Source: Candidatus Oleincola secundus
Lineage (GTDB): Bacteria > Atribacterota > Phoenicimicrobiia > Phoenicimicrobiales > Stramentimicrobiaceae
DNA length: 21,274 bases
Direction of reading: 5' to 3'
NCBI GenBank assembly: GCA_018400815.1
Contig: JAGYLS010000027.1
Coordinates: 1-21,274 of the forward strand
The position numbers were made by a program, and so were the translations under genes. Below the pieces are notes generated by a model that did not search any database, was not told the origin of the DNA, and saw only the letters and a list, made by a program, of their open reading frames with translations. Of this stretch, positions 1-7,257 are shown one piece after another. Position 1 is the first letter of the stretch, and every line of letters begins with the position of its first letter.

Positions 1-4
1 AGAA

Positions 5-46
5 TTTATTAAACCATGAACAATTTCTTAGAAGGTGGTTATGGTT
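5..46. repeat. Degenerate copy of the palindromic element at 17628-17678
   Basis: Ungapped manual alignment of 5-46 with 17629-17670 gives 33/42 identities. The outer AACCAT...ATGGTT arms and GAAGGTGGT are retained. Confidence 0.6.
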
Positions 47-96
47 CAGAACAAAAAGGTACCAAGAAAAGGTTAAATCTGTTTTAGGGGGTCTTA

Positions 97-117
97 AAGC
101 CACCCGCTAGGTGGGTG
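97..117. other. GC-rich hairpin, possibly an IS200/IS605-type end remnant or a terminator
   Basis: AAAGC followed by CACCCGC-TAG-GTGGGTG, a 7-bp stem with one G-T pair. The resemblance to IS200-like subterminal hairpins is from recall only. Confidence 0.35.
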
Positions 118-238
118 CGATATTTACTAGTGCACAATAATAATGATGGAAATGATAAATTGATAGTTTTGTTATATTGATAATTAAAAAAGTATGAATT
201 ATTCAGATTTTATATGAAATAGAGGAGGCAACTATTTA

Positions 239-892
239 ATGTTTGAACTATTTAACAAGGGCGGTTTCTTGATGTATCCGATTTTTTTCAGTTCTTTGCT
301 GGCAATTGCCATCTTTTTCGAAAGGATGTTTTATTTAAAAAGCATTAAAACGTCTACCCGTAAGTTTGGCAACCGGATTAGCGATTTAATCCGAAAAGGC
401 AACATCAATTTTGCTATCTCTGCCTGTAGAAAAAATATTTCACCCATATCTCAAATTATTTTAGCAGCTTTATTGAAGCATGGTAGTTCAAGAGATGAAA
501 TAAAAGAAGTAATTGAAGATACTGCCCGACAGGAAGTTACTATTTTAGAAAGGAATTTACCAATCCTGGCCACTATTGCTAATATTGCACCTCTGCTGGG
601 TCTTTTAGGTACAGTTTTTGGTATGATTAAAGCATTTCAGGTTGTTTCCGTCGTTGGCGTAGGAAACCCTGAAGCATTAGCTGGAGGGATATCTGAGGCA
701 TTGCTGACGACTGCCTTTGGCCTTTCGGTGGCTATTCCCACTATTGTTGCCTATAATTATTTAGCACATCGCGTAGATAGACAGATTAAAGAGATGGAAT
801 CTACCAGTGTAGAAATATTAGAATTATTAACTATTAAAGAGGATGCTAAAGAGGAGGGTGTGAAAATAGATGAAATTTCATCACATCAATAA
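239..892 (+). CDS. exbB: MotA/TolQ/ExbB proton-channel protein
   Basis: Motifs APLLGLLGTVFGMIKAF and LAGGISEALLTTAFGLSVAIP; N-terminal GGFLMYPI...ERM; RBS GAGGAGG upstream. Confidence 0.92.
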   Translation: MFELFNKGGFLMYPIFFSSLLAIAIFFERMFYLKSIKTSTRKFGNRISDLIRKGNINFAISACRKNISPISQIILAALLKHGSSRDEIKEVIEDTARQEVTILERNLPILATIANIAPLLGLLGTVFGMIKAFQVVSVVGVGNPEALAGGISEALLTTAFGLSVAIPTIVAYNYLAHRVDRQIKEMESTSVEILELLTIKEDAKEEGVKIDEISSHQ

Positions 893-1283
893 AAAAACTA
901 TCGGGTTTGATTTGACGCCCCTGATTGATGTGGTCTTTTTGTTGCTTATATTTTTTATGCTGACCACTACCTTCATAAATGTTGAAAGTGGCGTAAAAGT
1001 GGATTTGCCTAGTGGTGATTTTGCAGAAGTAACTGAAAGGCAAAATGTAGTGGTTTCAATTACCGAAAACAATGTTTTATATATGAATAATAAATTGATT
1101 GATCCTGACAAACTATCTGAGAGTATCAGAGAAGAGATTGGAAAAAACATTGATTCCTTAGTTGTTTTAGAAGCGGATCAGAATATATCTCATGGGAAAG
1201 TAGTACGAGTAATGGATTTAATAAAGAAAGGTGGAGCAGAGAGGATTGCTATTGCTACAAAACCGAGTGGAGAGAGTCAATAA
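870..1283 (+). CDS. exbD: ExbD/TolR biopolymer transport protein
   Basis: DLTPLIDVVFLLLIFFM transmembrane motif with the essential Asp; VDLP; ADQNISHGKVVRVMD; overlaps the exbB 3' end; RBS GGAGG. Confidence 0.93.
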   Translation: MKFHHINKKTIGFDLTPLIDVVFLLLIFFMLTTTFINVESGVKVDLPSGDFAEVTERQNVVVSITENNVLYMNNKLIDPDKLSESIREEIGKNIDSLVVLEADQNISHGKVVRVMDLIKKGGAERIAIATKPSGESQ

Positions 1284-1292
1284 GGTGATTAA

Positions 1293-2792
1293 TTGAAAAA
1301 AACTATTGGATATAGAGCAAAAAGAAGAAAAATACGTTCTAAGAGTTTCTTAGGCCGTTCTTTTTTAATATCACTAATAATTAATATTTTATTTATATTT
1401 GCCTTTAGTAATTTAACTTCCTTTGATCTTCTCAATATACCAGAGGAAGATGAAATAATTATGGTTACTATGGTAGAATTGCCTACTACTAAAAACCCTG
1501 TTACCGCACGACCTGAAATTGAAACAGAAGAACCTGTAGCAGAGTTAAGTACAATGCCAAGAGTAGAGCCAGAACTACCTGAACCTGCTAGAATTCAGGA
1601 AACAGAAACCCAAGCAACACTAGAAAACGAAGATGAATTGGCGGAAATTGCTAGTAGGCCAAAGGCTGAAGTAAAGATTCCGGAGATTGAAATACCAGCC
1701 AGCGAAGAAATGTCAGCTGTGCAAGAAGAGGCTCCGGTAAGGCAAGATGTTCAAGTAGCCGCTAGGTCGCTAGCTCCTTCAATTACAAGCAGGAGAGATA
1801 TCGAGGGAGAAGTGCTAGAGCCGGGACAATTTGAAATTCAGGCAAGTTTAGGTCAAGAAGGAAGAGAGCGAATCGAATCTACTTATGGAAATACTGTAAC
1901 CCCTGGTCAAATAAGTGATTTACCTCGAAATATAGAAAAAGAATCTCCATTTGGGGATAGACCTCTAGCTGTTACAATTGATAATGCCAATGATTCCCGT
2001 CCTCAAAGTGGTTTAAATAAAGCAAACATTGTTTATGAAGTATTAGCAGAGGGGGGAATTACTCGTTTTTTAGCGATATATGCTGCAGAAGAATCTGATA
2101 AATTAGGTCCTGTACGTAGTGCCAGACCTTATTTTATTACAAAAGCCCTGGAGCATAATGCTATCTATGTTCATGCTGGAGAAAGTCCCGATGCTGCAAT
2201 CTTTATTAAAGAAGAAAAAGTTGATGATATAAATGAGTTGATTCACTATCAGCCGTTTTGGAGGTCCCAAGATCGGAGACCACCTCACAACCTTTACACC
2301 TCAACTGAACAGTTAAGAGAAGAAGCTAAAAATATTGGTTATATTGAAATGATTAATAAGGAAAGCTTCCAATTTGAAGTAGATGCAGATCAAATACTTA
2401 CTGGAAGAGATATAGCAAGAATAGATATAAGGTACAATGTTAATTATTCAGTAAGCTATCAATATAACCCGGAAATCCAAAGATATATTAGATTTATTAA
2501 TGGTGAGCCACATATTGATGCTGAAACTGGTGTACAGCTTCAAGCAAAAAATATTATTATCCAGCGTAGTGAGAGAAAAGTATTAGATAGTGAGGGAAGA
2601 TTGGCTATTGATTTGATTGGCAGCGGAGATGGCCTTATTATTTTTAATGGAAAATCAGAAGAGATTACTTGGGAAAAAGAGGGGTTAGCATCCAAAACAT
2701 ACTTCTACAACAAAAACGGAGATAGGCTGGCTATACAGCCCGGGAATGTTTGGATTCAAATAACTCATCCTGATACAGAAATTAGCTATTAA
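1293..2792 (+). CDS. TonB-like N-terminal anchor and Pro/Glu-rich linker fused to a C-terminal DUF3048 (YerB-like) domain
   Basis: TTG start with RBS AAGGTG. Basic N-terminus, then one TM helix (SFLISLIINILFIFAF) and an acidic Pro-rich linker (VEPELPEP, KIPEIEIP). From about residue 223: RPLAVTIDN..RPQSGL..VYE..EGGITRF..GPVRSARPYF..PHNLY..G(N)VWIQI, typical of DUF3048. Confidence 0.8.
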   Translation: MKKTIGYRAKRRKIRSKSFLGRSFLISLIINILFIFAFSNLTSFDLLNIPEEDEIIMVTMVELPTTKNPVTARPEIETEEPVAELSTMPRVEPELPEPARIQETETQATLENEDELAEIASRPKAEVKIPEIEIPASEEMSAVQEEAPVRQDVQVAARSLAPSITSRRDIEGEVLEPGQFEIQASLGQEGRERIESTYGNTVTPGQISDLPRNIEKESPFGDRPLAVTIDNANDSRPQSGLNKANIVYEVLAEGGITRFLAIYAAEESDKLGPVRSARPYFITKALEHNAIYVHAGESPDAAIFIKEEKVDDINELIHYQPFWRSQDRRPPHNLYTSTEQLREEAKNIGYIEMINKESFQFEVDADQILTGRDIARIDIRYNVNYSVSYQYNPEIQRYIRFINGEPHIDAETGVQLQAKNIIIQRSERKVLDSEGRLAIDLIGSGDGLIIFNGKSEEITWEKEGLASKTYFYNKNGDRLAIQPGNVWIQITHPDTEISY

Positions 2793-2865
2793 AATAGTAT
2801 CGCGTATCGAGTTTAAAGATAAATAAAAGTTTCAAGTTTCAAGATAAGAAATAAATACAAATATA

Positions 2866-2914
2866 AAGTTACGAGTTGCAAGTTGCAAGTTTCGAGTTTC
2901 GAGTTTTAAGTTAA
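2866..2914 (+). repeat. Heptamer tandem array, RAGTTNN x7
   Basis: AAGTTAC GAGTTGC AAGTTGC AAGTTTC GAGTTTC GAGTTTT AAGTTAA. Further clusters occur near 2827, 3042, 3084, 4486 and 4689. Confidence 0.9.
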
Positions 2915-2990
2915 GAAATAAAGGCAAAATAAGAAAAATGCAAATTACAAGGTGCAATTTAAACACAGCAAATACAAAATATAACAAACA

Positions 2991-3027
2991 AATTAACCAA
3001 TGAACTAATTAACTAATTAACTAATTA
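2991..3027 (+). repeat. Octamer tandem array, AATTAACY x4.5
   Basis: AATTAACC AATGAACT AATTAACT AATTAACT AATTA. A shorter version starts near 4602. Confidence 0.85.
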
Positions 3028-3389
3028 TAAAAATACTTCTAGGTTGTCGGTTTTCGGTTTTCAGTTGAAATACAAAGAATAAAAAGTTGCAAGTTACAAG
3101 TTTCAAGTCATGGAGTTTTAAATAAAGAAATAAACACAAAGTAAGAGGCAAGATGTAAGTTAATATAATTTACTAGTGTGCCCATTTAGCAATTAAAACC
3201 GTATAGAAAATTCTGTATAACGTGGAGAAAGAATCAGTTGAAAGGTAAAATATATAATCTAACCACAAAAAAGATAAAGACATTTTTCAGTTATCAGTTT
3301 ACAGTTAATAAATCATGATACAAGATACAAGTTGAAAAACAAGTTTTTTGAAAATTTCTCTCACCCCTCAGTGGATATTCGAAAACTTT

Positions 3390-3426
3390 CCTCTCCCCTC
3401 GGAGGGAGAGGGTCAGGGTGAGGGGG
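3390..3426 (+). repeat. BoxC-like GC-rich palindromic element with a G-quadruplex-forming tail
   Basis: Stem CCTCTCCC (3390-3397) pairs with GGGAGAGG (3404-3411), followed by GTCAGGGTGAGGGGG. Resembles the enterobacterial BoxC pattern. Confidence 0.65.
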
Positions 3427-3544
3427 AGGAAAAAAGATAGTTTTCAGTTTAAAAAGACAAAGATAAAAAGATACAATCAGTGCAATAGCTGTTAGAAGCA
3501 GGATGTAGCAATTATTTCTAATTAACCAAATATAGGGTTTGTAT

Positions 3545-4424
3545 ATGGAACCATCAACAGGAATTAATTGAATATTTTTTGGATTATCTGTCTCTGAAAG
3601 AGGCTTGGCTTATAATACAATTGTTTCTTACCGCTATGATTTATCTAAATATTACGAATTTATTGCTCAAAAAGATATTAATTTTCAAACAGTAAATCAC
3701 AAAGTTATTGATGAATATTATCATTATTTAGGAAATATTAATCTTGGGTTAATTCTATTTTTCGAAATTTAGTAGCATTAAAGATGTTTTATCGTTTTTA
3801 CTTACTGAGGGTTTTATTAAAAATGACTTAACCCATTTTATTGAATTCTCCCAGACTAAGAAAACCCCAGGCGCTCAATTTAAAAGAACTAGATAAAATA
3901 TTATCAGAAGAAAATTTTAAAGGTTTGTTAGGGGAAAAGAGATCAGGCAATCATGGAACTTTGTATGCTACTGGAATGAGAGTTACAGAATTGATAAGCC
4001 TGAGAAGAAATGATATAAAATTAGAACACTGACTTTTAATGCAATTGAAAAGGAAACAAAGAAAGATGGATACCTTTACTGATAGAGCACACAATATTTT
4101 AAATGAGTATATACAGTCTATTAGGGCCACGATTAATAAAAAGAAAGATACGAATTTATTATTTTTAAATAATCACGGAAATCCCATTTTCGACAGGGAG
4201 TTTTTATCTGATAAAAACTATGCCAAAATATCAGGAATAAAAAAGAATGTAACTCCACATACTTTTTAGGCACACTGGCAACACATCTAATTGAAAATGG
4301 GGCAGATCTAAGGTCGGTACAGGAAATGCTAGGACATTCCGATATTTCTACTACACAGATATATACCCATGTTAGTAGAAAATGGGTTAAGGAAGAATAT
4401 TTTAAGGCATTTCCAAGAGTGTAG
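3545..4424 (+). pseudogene. xerD: XerD-like tyrosine recombinase broken by at least ten small indels (pseudogene or consensus errors)
   Basis: Stitching frames gives: [120 protein letters not shown]...FPRV stop (4422-4424). ORFs 3841-4032 and 4039-4269 are fragments of this gene. Confidence 0.88.
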
Positions 4425-4447
4425 AAACCAATAGTCCTGGTATAACG

Positions 4448-4779
4448 TTAAAATAGTATCGAGTATCGAGTTTAAAGATAAATAAAAGTTGCAAGTTACA
4501 AGTTGCAAGTTCGAGTCTTAAGTTAAGAAATAAAGGCAAAATAAGAAAATGCAAATTACAAGGTGCAATTTAAACACAGCAAATACAAAATATAACAAAC
4601 AAATTAACCAATGAACTAAGTAACCAATTAATTATAAAAATACTTCTAGGTTGTCGGTTTTGGTTTTCAGTTGAAATACAAAGAATAAAAGTTGCAAGTT
4701 TCAAGAAAGTTATAGAGTTTTAAATAAAGAAATAAACACAAAGTAAGAGGCAAGATGTAAATTAATATAATTTACCAGT
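4448..4779. repeat. Long direct repeat, copy 2 (332 bp)
   Basis: Colinear with 2789-3177. It lacks one heptamer-plus-spacer module and some repeat units, and has several substitutions. Confidence 0.95.
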
Positions 4780-4845
4780 TGACCAATTAAAAATAAAAGA
4801 TTTAATATGAAAATCAAAAATAATAAATCTGAAACTGGGGGAATA

Positions 4846-5672
4846 ATGGAACAATATTAGCTAAAATTGAAAAAAGCATTCAATCAATTCAAGAATATAG
4901 TAAAGTAAAACCAGAAATTGCCATTATCTTAGGGACTGGACTTGGAGAATTAGCTGAAGACATTGAAGACAAGGTGAGTATACCTTATCAAAAAATCAGC
5001 AATTTTCCAGTTTCTACCGTGCATGGACATAGTGGTAACCTTGTGTTGGGTAAAATAGAAGGTAAAAATGTTGTTGCAATGCAAGGGAGATTCCATTTCT
5101 ATGAAGGATACAGTATGAAGGAAATTACTTTTCCTGTCAGGGTGATGAAAAAATTAGGTGCTAATATTATCATTATTTCCAATGCTGCCGGCGGTATGAA
5201 TCGTTTTTTTAAAAGAGGAGATTTAATGTTGATTCATGACCACATTAATCTTATGGGAAGTAATCCTTTGATTGGTCCGAATGAGGAAAAGTTGGGTCCC
5301 CGTTTTCCCGATATGTCCCAGGCGTATGATCTAGAGTTGATTAAGTTGACTCAAAAAGTTGCCCTTGAAGAGGGAATTCTAATGCATAAAGGAATCTATG
5401 CAGGATTAACCGGGCCCATGCTGGAAACCCCGGCAGAGTATCGTTATCTAATAAAAATGGGCGCTGATGTCGTAGGAATGTCTACTGTTCCAGAAGTAAT
5501 TGTTGCTAATCATATGGGTATGCGAGTACTGGGAATATCATGCATTACTGATTTAGCTATTGATGGTGTAGTGGAGAAAGTCCAATTTGGGGAAATACTC
5601 AAAGCAGCAGCTAAATCTGAGCCAATCATGACTCGGATTGTAAGAAAGGTAATTAGAAATATTGATTATTAA
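4846..5672 (+). CDS. punA: Purine nucleoside phosphorylase (trimeric PNP/MTAP family) with an apparent 1-nt frameshift just after the start codon
   Basis: Motifs STVHGHSG, MQGRFHFYEGY, NAAGG, GPRFPDMS, GPMLETPAE, VGMSTVPE. The frame stays open upstream of the 4974 GTG (ILAKIEK...PEIAIILGTGLG). The ATG at 4846, preceded by GGGGGA, is one base out of frame. Confidence 0.9.
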
Positions 5673-6123
5673 TCTTATTAAAGTATTTTTATTATCAACT
5701 TTACCGGTATTGGAGTTAAGAGGTGCTATACCTATTGCAATAAGTTATTACAAATTACCGGTTATACCTAGTTATTTATTTTCAGTGATGGGAAATCTCG
5801 TTCCCGCAGTTTTTTTGTTACTATACCTTAAGCCATTTTCAGATTTCTTGCGAAAATGGTATTTTTTTGATATATTCTTTTCTTGGTTGTTTAAAAGGAC
5901 CAGAAGACATGAAAAAAAATACGAAAAATATGGTGCATTATTTTTATTATTTTTCGTTGCTGTACCTTTGCCTATTACAGGAGTATGGACTGGTTCTGTA
6001 GCAGCGTTTTTGTTTGGTATTCGATTCTGGTATGCTTTTCCGATGATGGCTGGTGGTGTACTAATTGCTGGAATGATTGTTACAGGTACTAATTTGGGTA
6101 TTATTAATTTAATTGCCCATTAG
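5662..6123 (+). CDS. COG2426 / putative small multi-drug export family membrane protein
   Basis: LPVLELRGAIP and FVAVPLPITGVWTG motifs; hydrophobic; overlaps the punA stop codon. Confidence 0.8.
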   Translation: MIINLIKVFLLSTLPVLELRGAIPIAISYYKLPVIPSYLFSVMGNLVPAVFLLLYLKPFSDFLRKWYFFDIFFSWLFKRTRRHEKKYEKYGALFLLFFVAVPLPITGVWTGSVAAFLFGIRFWYAFPMMAGGVLIAGMIVTGTNLGIINLIAH

Positions 6124-6196
6124 GATAAAATTTTATGTTTATCATAAATGAGTGATAATATTAATGGAAAAATATTAGGAGTAACAATAATTTTTT

Positions 6197-7234
6197 ATGA
6201 GAAGAACTATAGAATGGAAAGAAAACAAAGTAATCATGATAGATCAGAGAAAACTGCCCCATAATTTAGAAATAATAACTTGCAAAAATCATCATGAAGT
6301 AGCCGATGCAATTAAGAAGATGGCTATTAGAGGTGCTCCTGCTATTGGTGCTGCAGCGGCATATGGAATGGCACTTGCTGCAATAAATATTAATTCAGAT
6401 AATATGTCAGAATTTCTTCAAGAATTAGAAAAAGCGAGCAATGAATTATCTCTTACCAGGCCTACTGCTGTTAATTTATTTTGGGCTATAAAAGAGATCT
6501 GGAGTATTATTGAGAGGGAAAAATATTCGGTGAGTGAAATTCGTGCTAATATTTTATTAAAAGCCGAGCAAATAGCACAACAGGATATTCAAACCAATTA
6601 TATGATAGGTAACAATGGTGTTGAATTATTTGACGATGGGGATAATATTTTAACTCATTGTAATGCAGGTTCACTGGCAACTGTATTTTATGGGACAGCT
6701 TTGGGAGTTATTAGATCAGTTTTTAAAAAGAAAGTTAATATTAAGGTTTTTGCGGATGAAACCAGACCAGTTTTACAGGGTGCCAGATTAACTGCCTGGG
6801 AGTTGAAGTCTGAAAAAATACCTATAACTCTTATCTGTGATTCTGTTGCTGGTTTTTTAATGTTTGAGAAAAAAATCAATAAAGTAATAGTTGGCGCAGA
6901 TAGAATAGCATCAAACGGTGATGTTGCTAATAAGATAGGTACTTATAGCCTTTCAGTGCTGGCAAAGGAACATAAAATACCTTTTTATGTAGCAGCTCCA
7001 ATATCAACCATTGATTTTTCAATCAAAAGAGGAAACGAAATACCAATCGAAGAGCGAGACAAAGAGGAAGTTACAAATATAATGGGACAATCGATTGCTC
7101 CTATTGGTATTGACGTATATAACCCGGCTTTTGATGTTACACCAAACAAAAATGTATCTGCAATAATCACAGAAAAAGGAATAATAAAGCCCCCTTTTTT
7201 AACCAATCTTAAAAAGGTAAATAAAAATAATTGA
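6197..7234 (+). CDS. mtnA: S-methyl-5-thioribose-1-phosphate isomerase
   Basis: IDQRKLP, IRGAPAIG, RPTAVNL, LTHCNAGSLAT, DETRPVLQGARLTAWEL, GDVANKIGTY, NPAFDVTP. Confidence 0.96.
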   Translation: MRRTIEWKENKVIMIDQRKLPHNLEIITCKNHHEVADAIKKMAIRGAPAIGAAAAYGMALAAININSDNMSEFLQELEKASNELSLTRPTAVNLFWAIKEIWSIIEREKYSVSEIRANILLKAEQIAQQDIQTNYMIGNNGVELFDDGDNILTHCNAGSLATVFYGTALGVIRSVFKKKVNIKVFADETRPVLQGARLTAWELKSEKIPITLICDSVAGFLMFEKKINKVIVGADRIASNGDVANKIGTYSLSVLAKEHKIPFYVAAPISTIDFSIKRGNEIPIEERDKEEVTNIMGQSIAPIGIDVYNPAFDVTPNKNVSAIITEKGIIKPPFLTNLKKVNKNN

Positions 7235-7257
7235 ATGCAATAGATTGAGGTGAAAAA

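Larger units (their letters stand above)
2789..3177. repeat. Long direct repeat, copy 1 (389 bp), built from heptamer/octamer micro-arrays and A-rich spacers
   Basis: Aligns colinearly with 4448-4779 from TTAAAATAGTATCG to TAATATAATTTAC(T/C)AGT, including long identical blocks such as TGCAAATTACAAGGTGCAATTTAAACACAGCAAATACAAAATATAACAAACAAATTAACCAATGAACTAA. Confidence 0.95.

Noticed and set aside
135..190. Fur box upstream of exbB
   Set aside because: It is rich in GATAA/AATGAT words but has no convincing 19-bp or 7-1-7 palindrome, which is expected by chance in AT-rich DNA.
3841..4269. Two independent small proteins (63 aa and 76 aa)
   Set aside because: They are frame fragments of the single disrupted xerD.
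3545..4424. Programmed ribosomal frameshifting or phase variation restoring XerD
   Set aside because: There are too many indels (at least ten) for a programmed event; sequencing error or decay is more parsimonious.
3178..4450. Integron (IntI with attC sites) or prophage integrase
   Set aside because: The recombinase has XerD-type motifs, no visible IntI-specific insertion and a chromosomal xerD-punA context. TAAC/GTTA words do not form a convincing attC, and there are no cassettes or phage genes.
2789..4779. CRISPR array
   Set aside because: There are no constant 23-47 bp repeats with unique equal-length spacers and no cas genes. The units are 7-8 nt tandem repeats within two long copies.
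2789..4800. dif site near xerD
   Set aside because: No 28-bp match with a TTATGTTAAA- or TTATGTAAA-like XerD arm was found by eye.
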